64,000 bases of DNA from Callorhinchus milii (taxonomy: Eukaryota). Numbering within the stretch: position 1 is the first letter of the stretch; each line of letters starts with the position of its first letter. The position numbers and the translations under genes were made by a program. The notes beneath the pieces were generated by a model that saw only the letters and a list, made by a program, of their open reading frames with translations, did not search any database and was not told the origin of the DNA. The stretch lies in NCBI RefSeq assembly GCF_018977255.1, contig NW_024704743.1, positions 90,956,001 to 91,020,000 of the forward strand, given 5' to 3'. Below are positions 50,500-64,000 of this stretch, one piece after another.

Positions 50500-50824
50500 A
50501 ATAATAATAATGATAATAATAATCCTTGCATTTGATATAGCGCTTTTCACGGCTTCTGGGCGTCTCAAACCACTTCACGGAATAGACTGTAAAGTGAATT
50601 GACTGTATATTTGTGGGCGAATTGCGATAGCCAATTACGCACAGCAGCGTCCTACAAGCAGTCGTGGATTGAAGTGACCAATTTATTATTGTTTTTTTTT
50701 CTTGAGGGATTATTATCAGGCGTGTGGAGTAAGGAAACTTACCCAAGGTTACACCCTGCTGGGAATTGAATCCAGGTCTCTCGTTTGCAAAGTGAGTGCT
50801 CTAACCACTGAGCTACAGGACTCC
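50500..50824 (-). mobile_element. Full-length tRNA(Ala)-derived SINE, tandem to the previous copy
   Basis: Same family, more diverged. Confidence 0.92.
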
Positions 50825-53800
50825 ACGGAAAGCACGGAATGAGAAAAGGCAAATCCCAATGTCAAACTCACTCCTTCCACAAGCCAAGCAAGCAAAACCT
50901 ACCCTAATGTGGACTCCATCACACTCATATCTCCTTGGGTAAAGCATCACAAGGCATGTTTTGATCCCCGGGGGCAACCGAACAAAAGTTCCAGAATATT
51001 CTGCTGGAGGAGACCATTAGCAATCTCAGCCTCAAAACTGTGTCGCCTAAGTATCCTCTATTCAACCCTCACTTGCTGCTATCCAGACATCTTTAATTAC
51101 ATATTTTTCACTCAATAAAATCTTGCACTTATATAGGGCCCTCCAAATAGGATAATGTCTCAGAGCATTGGCAGGATCAGATGCTAAGCAAGGGAGAAGT
51201 GGGAAGGAAAAGTGACCATAGGCACGGTCAAAAAGGTTGGTTTTAAGGTGAGATTTAAAGACAGACAGAGATGGGATGAGGTGAACGGGTAGGGAGAAGG
51301 AGTTCCAGAGGTGTAGTGACTAAAGGCTTGTCCACCGTTGGTTGTGTGGAGGGGGACATGCAGCAGACCCCGACTGCATGGGGGTGGGGTGAAGGGGGAG
51401 AGCACAGACTTGAGGGCATTCCAATTTCAAATTGTACTGTGAGCTCTGCCCTAATCGTGTCTCACAATAATCATCATTAAAGAATAGGATGCACCATCTT
51501 TCAGCTGTGAATCTGTCTGACTGTTTAAACAAAGATTAATGAGCCACTAATGTAAGCTGTTTTATGAGAAGCCGAAAGAAGATAGATCCCTTAGAATTAA
51601 TAGTTCAAGGGCACAAGGAGCAAGCATCCAAACTAGATGTCCTTCGCCCCCAAGGAATTCATCAGTGCAATCTAAAGGATGTGATTTTTGATAACTCTTG
51701 TGTTCTGAAAAGTACAAGAGAGGTTCAAATGAAGAAGGCTCTTTGCCCATTTCATCTTATCTTTCCAGTATATCCACCCCACAATCAGGCTGTTTCTTAA
51801 AGGAGTACAGTGTGCTGAGCTCAACAAGTCTTCCTTGTAACCTGTTGGACTAAATTCTAATCTTTTTCCAATAGAGATAACAAAAATAACCTCAAACATG
51901 CTAATGGACATTAAGGCTCCAGTTATTCTATGCGTAAACACCAGAGACGCTGCCCTGCATGGAGGGGGCTATATAAATGCAAGTTATTGTTTTGGTTGTT
52001 GAACCTCTGTCTACCAATCAGTGGTAAACCCTTCCTAACATACTCTTTGTGAATACTTCCCTTCAGAATGACCATCAACTCACCAGAAGTACTCCACAGT
52101 CTGCAGTGAGACTTTCTCTGCATTAAAAGCTAACACAGTGCATTCCCTGACCCCTCCGGCTACCATCTGTAACTGAGCTTTCAGTCACTACACCTCCCAA
52201 ACCTCTGGATCTTCCTGCCTCTATTCCCACAACTCACCTCCTATCTGTTTTTAAATCCTAAGATTTAATAGCGACCTCTTAGATCGCATTGATGGTCACC
52301 TCCCACTTCTCCCTAGCTTGGTACCCAACCCCGCCACTGTGAAGTGCTCTGAGATGTTATCCTACATGAAGGGGGCTATATAATTGCAAGAAGTTGTATG
52401 TCCAAACCATCATTCCATGCAGCCTATTGTTCCAACTTCCTCAAGTCTACTTCCCATATACAGTAACTATCTTTACCATCTCTAAAGATTATACTAAAGT
52501 GCATTTGCCTGGTATACAGAAATCTCAATCTTCAAGTAGGAAGGCTAAGTAAATTGTACTATTTTACTATCATAGAAGACACTAATGATTTCCCAAGAAG
52601 CTGCAACCAGATTGACCTGATCCAGAGCTTTGTCTGGAATCAACTGCATTTAAGGTCATCTTCACATATGCCAACAAATAAAAATCCTTTCACCAGTATA
52701 TTATCAGTAATTCCTGTTGCATTAATTTGCTTTTCTATCCTTTATTTCCCTCAAGTAATCATTCATCCACTCCAGCCTTGGATGAAAGGAGGAAGGTCCA
52801 TCTCCACAGTTACCATCAACACTGATCCTTGTTTGATCAATGGGAAAGACGATCTGGATGGTCTGGTAATATTCATAAAACATGATAACACTAAAGAGAA
52901 TCTGTTCAGCTCTGAGAGAGTCCCTTGACGCCCACATGCACATTACAATTGTTTCGTTGATGTTTTATATTTTATAAGTGTGAGGAAATCATGAGACTTT
53001 TTATTAGAAACAGCGAGGTTTAGAGGTTCAAGGACTTTTGGTTAAATTCCTCTAACAGGAATCGTATCTTTGATTTAATTATTATCATTATGTTATAAAT
53101 CTGTACATTTTTACAATTAGATTTTCCTTTCGATTCCTGATGCAGAAAATGGAAGGTCCTGAGAGTGAGGAAGAGAATATCTCTCTCATGCATTTTGTGA
53201 GAGTTCTTAAGGAGTGACAGCCCTCCTTCTGTGGCCCTGTGTTCTTTTAGTTATGTAATAATACACAGGGGATTGCTCATTCCTTCTGTAACCTGGAAAA
53301 ATGGTTGCAGGGATACAGGGATGACCCAACCTATACTGAAAATTCACTCTGCACCCTGGAGAAGGTGGAATCAGTCTCACGATGGCCTCGGCTGTTTGCC
53401 AAAGTCTCTTATAGAAGGATCTTTGTTTCTTATATTCTTATCTTTGTTTGTTAGTGTCCATTAAGCCTGATACACAACACTGGACTTCAAGAGCTGGCAT
53501 GTTGTTAAGATACAGAGCAAAGGTCTCTCCACAACACTGAAGGCAAACATTATTCACAAGCCTCATGAGAAAACACTGAGGCTTGGGATGACAGCTGGTA
53601 GATTTGTGAACACACCCTCTGTATCTGGGATTCAGTGGCTACCCTGGTTTGTATTCAGACTGATAAGTAAGTACGATTGAATATTTGCACATTCAACTAA
53701 TGAGTCACCGTTCAATGGGTTACATTGTGTATCCTGGCTGTCGCCTGGAGAACGAGAGTAGAATAATATGAGAGCAATTAGTGGCTTTCTGCTATCTTAA

Positions 53801-54942
53801 CTATTCTTACGGCAATTTAGAAAGAGCTGGTCTTTTTATAGTATTGAAATGTCTCAAAGTGCTTCACAAATAGTGACTGTTCTGATAAACAAATCTATGA
53901 ACAAGCATAACATGATTATCTCTAATGTGCATTTACTCCAAAGCATTGCGTTTTTTAAAAAAAACATATTTATTATACCTGCATTAAAATAATGAAATTA
54001 TCCTGACTTGTATCTTATTTGTTCCTCTTTGTGGCACTAGAGCAACGTACATAGCAGCCAGATATCGTAAGAAAATATATTTGGAAACTTGACAGCCCTT
54101 AATAGTTCTGGCATTGCATTGCTATCAACATTTGGAGCAGAGCACAGCTCAGATTATTGAAAGAGAGTTGGCAGACTAAATACAATGTCAACCTGAAGGG
54201 CACAGAATTTACCCAGAAATCCAAACTCAAGTGATTTTGTTAGTTCAGACTGAGCCAAGTGCTGATCTTCACTATGTTGAGTTTCACCTGGTTTGATTTT
54301 GGCAAAATATTGGTTTAACTTTTGAAACATTTTTTGAAGTGTTTCAATTAAAGTTTCAAACATCAAAGAGGTTTAATTCCTGAGAACTTCCTAAAGCTGT
54401 TTATCTTTTCAAAACCCAATTTGCAATGTATACCTTATGGGTACTGATTATTGGAGTTGCTGTTCCTCCAATGAGATGTTAAATTTTGCCCCCCCCCCAG
54501 ACCCCACCCCATCTGCTCTTCAAGTGGATCTTAAAGATCCCATAACACAATTAGAAATGAGAAAGTAAATTAGCCTGTAAGACTTTGCTGTATGCAAAAT
54601 GGCCCCTATGTTTACCTGAGGATACAATTGCTACACTTCAAAATAATTACTGTGATGAGTTCTGAGAAAAGTTGGTTATAGGCACTATAATTATATTGGT
54701 ATATTGGCCTTGCTGGAATTTCGTCAAGGAGTTGTTCTGGCTCACTCGATCCCTCCTCTTGTGCAAGGCACATCTGAAAACGTACCTCTTTGAGCATGCT
54801 TTTGGTCACCTTTCCTCTCCCCACCCTCGTCGGCTTTTCCCCCCAGCTCAGGTAATGATCCAGCATTGTCAAGTAATTTGAGATGCCCCCCCCACCACCA
54901 CCCCGGATGTGAAAGATGTTAGATAAATATGAATTGTATTGT

Positions 54943-55219
54943 GAAGTCCTGTAGCTCAGTGGTTAGAGCGCTCACCTCGCAAGTGAGAGACCTAGGTTCG
55001 TTTCCTGCCAGGGGAAATGTTGGGCAAGTTTCTGTACTCTACATGCTTTTGTTCACCTAACAATAGGTAGGAACCGTTGTTAGTCGAATGGCGGATCACT
55101 TTTCCGGGAGTAATAATTCCTTCAACAACAAAAAATCACTTTACAATATATTCTGTGAAGAGCTTTGAGACATCTCAAAGATGTGATAAGTGCTATATCA
55201 AATGCAAAGATTATTATTA
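54943..55219 (+). mobile_element. Longer-subfamily tRNA SINE with a deleted core
   Basis: Head and extra segment as at 41372; tail present. Confidence 0.85.
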
Positions 55220-58200
55220 GTGTACTGTATAAAAATGGTGTACTTCCCTTTCTCCCTTTAGGTGTAAGAGGAAAAGAAACCATTGAGGTTACCTGAAACT
55301 TTTCCTGCCTTTCATAAAGCTCCTGGAGACATCAACAAGCAAAGCAAACAAAGAACATAATTATTATTCTTTACTGGCCTGGAATGTCTGAGGATGAAAC
55401 TAAAGGCAGTGATGAAGAGAGTGAAAACAAGTGAAAAGTGAAATTGACAATGACAGGGTTGAAAATAACTACCACTGGGGGGAGCTCATGTTTACTTCAT
55501 CATTCAGTTACTGAGCACACAGCATTTACTGGAGTGGTCAAACTTTGTCATACGTGAGCACAAATAAAAATAATAATCCTTGCATTTGATATTGGGTCTT
55601 ATTACATCATCTCAGATCGCTTCACAAGGATTTACTGTAAAGTGACTGTGTTTTTACAGGTGAATGTAACACCAATTTGCGTACAGCAATATTTCCGCAT
55701 CAACCATGAAGTGAATGAATTGTCGGCCAGGACACCGGGAGAAACTCCCTTCTCTTTTCGAGTAGTGCTATGGGATCTTTAACATCCTGAATAGGCATAA
55801 AGGACCTCTTTAATGTCTCATTCAAAAAATTGACACCTACAACAATGCAGCGAACTCCCAGAGCTGTGTTGGGAATGTTAAGAGTCGACTGTGAGTTCAA
55901 AGTCATGTGTAAAACATATGCAAGTGCAGGGTATCACACATTGTGTGTAAACATATGTGCATGGAGCGAATTGCTTAATTATGTAATTCACAACCAACCT
56001 GATTCAATGGTTGTGAATTATATAACTAAAGGCACCTGTAATTTATTTTATACCAATGTGTATTATGTGTCATGCTTTACACATGACAGATAACATACAC
56101 ACATTCATACCTAGTTTACACAAGGCACATAATATCATTACAAAGACCCTCCGACTTGCCCTCTGCATCACATCCTCCCTCACTCCCCATGTTCAAAGTC
56201 CATCTCAAGACTTACCTCTTTGACCGTACATTCGGTCATCTTTCCCCTCCCCACCTTTTCAGCTCCCAACCATTTAGGGATCCTTGGCCAAGACGCTTTC
56301 CGAATCTTTAACTTCCACTTGAACAGGCAGACGGGACCTTGGTTTGATGCTTCATCCAAAGGGCAGCATCTCTGAGAATACAACACCCCCTATCGTTGCA
56401 TTGTATTGTCATCTTAGACAATGTGATTTCAAGTCCCGACATGGTGCTTGGACCCACAACCTTCTGATTCACAGGTGAGAGTGCTACCACTGATACATTA
56501 ATGAGATTAACCTGAGTCACACAAATATAAAACTGCAATATTCAATAATTTCAACTAATTTGTTCCATTTAATAACTGCTTCGTTCATTTTTTGTGATAC
56601 AGGATTTATCAAATTCGGCATGTTCTTCAAACTACCAATTTTTTACAATAGTCTTGATCCGCCTGTATATTTCCTTCCTCATGTCACCAATACATTAAAA
56701 AATAAATCTTAAGGTAAAAATTCCTCTGTACTGCAAGCAAATGCTGAGGTATCACAGTGTATTGCTGAACATATTGCAGCGCCAACACTATTCCACCGTT
56801 CTGAAAGCATAACCTTTTAATATTGTACTCGGGTATTCAGGAAAGATGAAAGAATGAGAGTTGTGGGTTGTTACAAAAGTGGTTTACATTACATTGCATA
56901 CACATGTACACCAATTCTTCAATCACGCTTGAATTTTGATGGTAATGATTTGATGACTAACAATGTATTTATTAAGTCTACGGCATTTTATGATTGTATT
57001 ACCCTATAGACAGTTGAAACAGTCCTTCAATTTCCGGTCAGTGCTGGATTGCACTTGTGAGTTCATCAAAATAAAATAACTCTGTAAATGCTTCTGTTGT
57101 GTAGGGAAATCACTGTATCTGCATTATTCTGTGACTTAAGACAAGATCACAAAAACTGTAATGTTGGAGCAATTTAGCAAATATTTTTCAGTAAAGAACA
57201 TCTATTTTAAATGCTTTCAACATGATTAAACTATCCGGTGCATACCCAGCTTTGACAGACGTGGGTAAACACTCTGCTCAGTATTACTCCTTTGGGTTAT
57301 CTTGCACCATTGGGATTTCACATTCACATTATAGTTCAGCAACGGATTTTTTATGCCTTAGTGCTGTTAATCCTCAGAGTTCAGATATTTATCAAGACTC
57401 ATCTAACAGTGGCCATGTTCTGCATTCTCACAGTGTTTAACATGGCTGAAAATGCCAACCCTTTTATTTCTGAAATGTGTGTTTTTGCAATCGCAGGTTT
57501 TGGTTTTGTGCATTGAGGTCTCAAAGCACTTCACAGAGCTCACCGGGAACCTGAGTTGGGGTGAGGGAGGATGGTGGGGGGGCAGAGAGAGAGGGGAAAG
57601 ATAATGAAAAGCCCAGTTGAAAGGTCAAGGGAGAGGGGGGGCGAGTCAGAGGGATGCAAAACAGAATTCCAGAGAGCAGCTGTAGAATACTACTAATAAT
57701 AATCCTTGCATTTGATGTAGCACCTTATCAGGTGGTCGAGGCACTTCGAAGCGTTTTACAGAATATACTGTAAAATGAATTGACTGTATATTTTGTAGAA
57801 TAGTTGAAAGCTCACCCATCATCACAGCATGTCAGGCAGGGGACAAGCAGCAGGCCAGTTCCCTGAGTGAAGGGAGAGGCTAGGTTGTACGGTTGAGGAA
57901 GATTGCAGAGGTAGAGTGGGCTGAGGCTGTGGAGGCATCTGAATGTGAGGATGCAGAATCATTGAGCTGAGCAAGGCTGGGCTCACAGTCTGTTACAGAG
58001 TAGGACAGAGGCTGCAGAGTTCTGGATGGTCTGCAATTTGTTTAGAGAGGAGTTGGAAGCAGGGTATTTGAATAGTCTAGTCTGGAAGTGATTATAGCTA
58101 AATCAATGCACGAGCCATTACATCAACCCACGAGTCATTAGATGAAAACGTAACCTGGCTTCAGCACATGAAGATAGAGAATAGAGTGGGGGGTGGGGAG

Positions 58201-58273
58201 GGCGTAGGGTTCTGCCCCCAGCACATTGTGTAATTCATGTTCACCTATTTGCTTCTCCAACCATTTAATAGTT

Positions 58274-58279
58274 TTTATT
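58274..58279 (-). terminator. Candidate polyadenylation signal AATAAA for the PSKH gene
   Basis: TTTATT on the + strand about 350 nt past the stop codon; position only, and alternatives exist further downstream. Confidence 0.3.
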
Positions 58280-58629
58280 CAAGTAACTTACTAATTCCTT
58301 TTAATTTAAAATAATTTATGGAATTTGCTTCAGCAACTATTTGTGGCAAAGACTTCCTTTCCATATTACACCCACCTTCTGGGTAAAGAAATGATTTCCA
58401 GCCTCGCCTTTCATTCCTCTGTGATTATCTTAAATGTGTGCCCTCTCATTACTGACAAATTGACCAGTGTGAACGATTATTAAGTGGAATCCCGACACAA
58501 CCTTGTGAAGATACGGAGAAGCCGTTTGAAAGCAATTAAAGGCTTGGACCCACCACTTGTGTAAAGAGTTCAGCAGACCTCTGCACCACTTCTGCAATTC
58601 AGAAAATCTCAATAGTCACTAGTTCCTTG

Positions 58630-58965
<336 letters not shown>

Positions 58966-61479
58966 TCAGAGTCAATGTAGAATTTGACTCAAGACCATAT
59001 GATGTATAAGGAAATATAGCACATCACCAAGTCTGGATTTAATGGAAGGCTTCTAATTCTCATTTAATTTGTACGTATTTAGTTTTGAGATCATTTGTGG
59101 TACTAGTAACACACACTGAGGTTGAAATTTGGTATTTGTAACTGGAAGATGTGCTAATAAGCTAGTTTGCGCCTGGAATTGTGGAATTTATTGCCAAATT
59201 GGCTAAAAAACGGGAAATATTTGCCAAGGAAACTAAGTTACCCAAATCTTTTGACCAACTTGCATAATCTCTGTCATACACTTACAAAACAGAGAAACTA
59301 AACTTTACAATATATCATGTGAAGCACTTTAAGACACTCTCCCAACATAAAAAGCGGTATATCAGATGTGAGGATTAGTTAGAACTGAAATAACACATTT
59401 TGATTAATCCTCAGTCATAAGTTGATTTCATAATGGTTCTCAATGATTTAGAAGTACACTGATTTGGATGGTGTGACAATGTAAAGGTAGTGTATGGCTG
59501 GTAGATTATGAACTGTGAGGTAACAGCCATGGCCACAATCAAATGGCACACTTCTTATTGAGTCATCAGGTTCAGTATATATTTTTCCCACTCTGGTATT
59601 TATGATAGGAAACAAATGAGGACTACATTCTACATTTAGATCCCATGCCACTATTCAACAAGAGAAGGGAGTTTCTCCTGTTGGTCTGGCCAACAATTCC
59701 CCAGAATAAATTTGGTTATTCACTTGATGGCCGTTTGTGAGATATTTCTGGGTGCAAATTAGCTGCCGTGTTCGCCTATAAAATACAGTCATTAGACTTG
59801 ACAATAATTCCCAAGAAGGCAATCAGACATCTTGATGACTCGATAAAGCTTTATACCTAAAGCAAGGATTATTATCATTTGTAAAACGTTAAAAAGAACA
59901 CAAGACCAAATGGGATTCAGATGACAGTCTTGTCTGATTAGAATTTCATTTTGTCACTTCCATTGCTATGGTACGTATCACACAATGGTGTCTAAAGAAC
60001 ACTATGGTGGCTACACAGCCATTGGAAAAATATTCCTGATATAAACTGTATTTTTTACAGGGAAACCTCTGTAATACACACAGCCTCACAACACTGGCTA
60101 CAATATAAACTCAGCCGGGCTGGTCCTGGGGCTCTGTGCTTCATAATAATAAAATTTGAGGACATTTCAAAGCACATCACAGGATTGACTGTAAAGTGTA
60201 TCATGTAGGTACCCGTGGCAGCCATTTGCGCACAGCAATGTCCTACTGACATCCATGAAATGAATGACCAATGTTATCTGGGGATTGTAGGCCAGGCCAG
60301 GTGTGTGTGTGTGTGGTGGGGGGGGAGCTGCCCTGGCGGAAATGCTATTATATCTCAGATATTTGGTATTTAGGCAGATTGTCAAGCAGAAGTGAAGCAG
60401 CTAAAAACCTTTTCAGATGCTATTGTAGACTCTTACAAGGGGTCTACTGTGAAAACCTCTGCATAACACAATGCATTGTTGACACACTAAACATGTATGC
60501 TAATCTCCTCCTCTTACACAATACATCCACAATGTCTCTACTGTTTATCAGAGTGTACAATGGCCACATTCATACTCCACATCATTGCCCACCACATAGA
60601 TCTACATTGTCTCACAAAAATCAGCAGCTACATGTACTGGCCGATCATATGACTTGGTCTATGTAATTAGTTACGAAATAAATTCTAAGTGATAAACTAT
60701 CCAAATGTAGACACTGCCTTTACAGTCACTGTATATGATTTGATTTCTTAGCACTTTGCACCAATTTGCTCCCAACCAGGGATTTACTCATGCAACAATT
60801 ACAGGAATCATATGATTTCAAGGAATTGTGGACACTTCTGGGAAATGATTGGAAAACAATGGCATATTTAAGGACAAGAGGCCCAAAATTGCTTATGGTT
60901 TCAGCCTTTAAAACTTGTCTGAAAATGTAAGATGATATAGAATTTTAAATTTTAAAACTGAGGAAAATCATCTTCCAAATTCTGCACCATCATATTTCAA
61001 GACATAATGGCTTTATGGGCTAAGACTAGGTGGGAATTCAGGCTTGGGTTACTCTGCAAAAAAGCTAAGGTTAAGCATGAGAACCAAAATCCTTTGCTGT
61101 TCATTTTTCTCTGCTCCTCCCAAAATTTCCTACAGTGAGATTTTGGTACCAGATTGCAACAGGGACTGAAACTCTTGAGCTGTGACATTTAATGAAGAAA
61201 AATCTCATTCCCTAAAACTATTCCTGGCTAACAATCCCTCAGATTGAAAAAAAATTGGTCATTCACTCCATGGCTTGTTTTGGGATATATCTGCATGCAG
61301 ATTATTTGCTGCGTTTGCTTACACAATCACAGTACCTTATAGTAAATCTTAACCTTACAGTAAACTAAACAAAGATGTTTTGAAATAAGTGTTGTATCAA
61401 ATGCAAAGATTATGAATTTTATTATTATATGTTTATTATTATATTTTATTATTATTATTATACTAATAATACTAATACT

Positions 61480-61810
61480 ACCAACCTGCCCGCTCCCTCC
61501 GTTCAGCGGGCTCCGGACTGCTCCATGTCTCCCGCCCGACCAGCTCTACCATCGGTGGCCGGGCTTTCAGTCTCTCTTCCCCCACACTCTGGAACTCCAT
61601 CCCACAGTCCCTTCACCTCGCTTCCTCCCTCGCCTCCTTCAAGGTCAGTCTCAAGACCTTGCCTTTGGTCTCCCTCCCACCTCTCTGTCTTCCCTCACCC
61701 CTACACCACACCCCTCCCCAATGCTCGGGCCCCGACACCTGACTGTTCAGCGCTTTGGGACGTCCTCCTGACTTGAAAGGCGCTCTATAAATATAATTTT
61801 GTTGTTGTTG
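61480..61810 (+). mobile_element. L2 3' end
   Basis: Highly similar to the reverse complement of 25833-26180. Confidence 0.9.
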
Positions 61811-62364
61811 GTATTGATGTAATCCATGTCAGAGTGCTCAATAGATAGCTCAATTTATTCATAACATTTTGTCCATTTAAAGTTTGAAACCAATGTCAAG
61901 GTCAAGAATAGCATTATTAGTCCATAGATAAATAACTCAAAAAAGGACACCAGGCACAAACCATGTATAAACAATAACATATTCTTAAGACAAAGAGGTA
62001 CTGTCAACCTTCCTGTGTCCCTGTGAACACTTGTACAAATTAATCTTTCCTTTTGTGGACAAGGGTCATCTGTCACATTAGACTTGCCAGGATCAGATTT
62101 CTCCTTCATCTCTCACTTTATCATTAAAATCCACCAGGGCATGAAATTGACAAATGCAAGTATACTTCACTAAGTGCAGATTTCACTGTCTGCACGCAAA
62201 CAATACACAGAGAACATACACAGACATAAACCAAAGCTAGATGATACTGATAACAAGAAGGTAAAACAATACCTGTCTGTGGATATGGCTCTTATCTCTT
62301 TATCGTTTCTGTGGTGGCTTAAATGATACAGTCTTGAACAGATTTGGTCAAAACAGTATGAAAA

Positions 62365-63441
62365 AGATTAGTGGGTAACATCAAAAGGAACCCTAAAGTA
62401 TTTTATAAGCATATAAAGAATAAAAGGTTGATCAAAGTATACAGTGCTGTCCCCCAGGGTTCGATAGTAAGACCACTGCTGTTTGTAATCTATATACATG
62501 ACCTGGACCTGGGTATAATTCAAAAACAATTTCCAAGTTTGCAGATGATACAAAGCTAGGAAAAGTAGTAAACGGTGAGGAGGATAGTAGCAGACTGCAG
62601 GAAGACTTAGACAGACTGGTGAAATGGGCAGACACATGGCAGATGAAATTTACTGCGGAGAAATTCGAAATTATGCATTTTGGGAGGAAGAATGAGGAGA
62701 GGCAATGTAAGCAAGATCGTACAATGGAACAGAGAGACCTGGGGATTCACATAAGCAAATCTTTGAAGATGGCTGGATAGGTAGATAAAGCTGTTAAAAA
62801 AGCATACGGAACACTCTGCTTTAGAAATAGGGGCATAGAATACAAAAGCAAGGAGGTTATGATGAACCTTTATAAAACACTGGTTAGGCCTCAGCTAGAG
62901 AGTACTGTGTTCAGTTCTGGGCACCATACCTTAGGAAGGATATCAAGACCTTTCAGAGGATGCAAAGGAGATTTACCAGGATGGTACCAGGAATGAGGGA
63001 CTTATGTTATGTGTTATGTTGAGAGCTAGAGAAGCTAGAATTGTTCTCCTTAGAGAAGAGAAGGTTAAGGGGAGATTTAACAAAGGTGTTCAAAATTATG
63101 AAGGGATTCGATAAAATGAACAGGGAGAAACTGTTTCCATTGGTGGTTGGAACGGTAACCGAAGGACACAGATTTAAGATAGTTATCAAAAGAACCAGAA
63201 TGGAGATGTGGAGAATTTTTTTCACACAGTTTGTATCTGGAATGCATTGCCTGAAAGGGTGGTGGAAGCCGATTCGATAACAACTTTCAAGAGAAATGTA
63301 GATAGATATTTGGTGAGGACAAATTTGCAAGGCTATGGGGAGAGAGCGGGGGAGTGAGATTAATTTGGATAACTCTTTCAAAGAGACGGCACAGACACGA
63401 TGGACCAAATGCCTCCTCCTGTGCTGTATAATTCTATGATT
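62365..63441 (+). mobile_element. CR1 LINE 3' fragment with an internal deletion
   Basis: YKHIKNKRL joined directly to YSAVPQGS; aagtttgcagatgatac (KFADD); FSLEKRRLRGDL; tail aattctatgatt. Confidence 0.92.
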
Positions 63442-64000
63442 TCACAGCTGGGATTTGCTATACACTACAGAAGGATCAGCGCTTTTTTGCTTTAAACGCA
63501 TGAGAAATGTTACTTAAAAGTACTCCAGTGTATGTGCAAGTGCTGTTTGTTCAGCACAGTTACACTTTTACAGAACAGTATTGACCCCACTTATCTAATG
63601 GAATGCATATAACATGAATTTTTTCAACCTTTCCAACTTGCATCCTCTTACCACCTACAGAAGATTGACTGGCTGTATTTCAAAGCACCGGGATTTTCAG
63701 AATAATACCATTAAGAGTCTATAGGTATTTCAATTTAAAACCACTGTCAAAATGCCTCTGAAAACCTTACTTCAACACTGTAATTCCTATGATTCTATAG
63801 AGAATTGGGTTACAATGGAATAACTAGCACCAGGTTTTGGGATCAATTTGTTGGATGATCTCCTCCATATTACATAAAATTACATGAATGATATGGTACA
63901 GAAGTAAATCTTTCAGTCCAAGTAGTCTGTGCCAGCACTTACACGCCCCACCCTTCCTCTTGCCTTCACCTATACCCCTCTATTCAGTTCTCCCTCAAAT

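Noticed and set aside
50123..50746. Recurrent ORFs MGKFPYST... / ...VNSLYSVFCEALWD
   Set aside because: Incidental frames of the SINE consensus, not a gene family.
52554..52943. Overlapping 124-aa (+) and 73-aa (-) ORFs between the genes
   Set aside because: No recognisable domain or convincing splice context.

Overview
This is vertebrate genomic DNA. The repeat inventory (CR1, L2, Deu-type tRNA SINEs, Penelope hammerhead) suggests a cartilaginous fish, which is inference. Two protein-coding genes lie on the minus strand. (1) SAMD12: four coding exons reconstructed by eye with canonical GT-AG sites and consistent phases (49093-49105, 29600-29778, 15381-15516, 6395-6535; MAVEAIHCNLSQNGVDH...[26 protein letters not shown]...[16 protein letters not shown]...LQLLTQ). 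Its promoter is a CpG island carrying a ZNF143/THAP11-type motif, and a terminal spliced exon could not be located. (2) The last coding exon of a PSKH-family Ser/Thr kinase (58630-58938), ending about 9 kb upstream of SAMD12. The rest is intron and intergenic DNA rich in retroelements: a near-full-length dead CR1, CR1 and L2 fragments, many tRNA(Ala)-headed SINEs sharing the L2 3' stem-loop, and a hAT-like MITE. A 2-kb compound (GT)n array explains the giant spurious ORFs. No prokaryotic features or CRISPR array were found, and there is no clear new multi-gene system. The best leads are an unclassified hairpin-rich non-coding repeat with a compensatory base-pair change, a sense-strand intronic hammerhead, a fold-back of two L2 tails of pre-miRNA size, a hydrophobic overlapping uORF in SAMD12, and a SINE copy with exclusively AT-to-GC substitutions.
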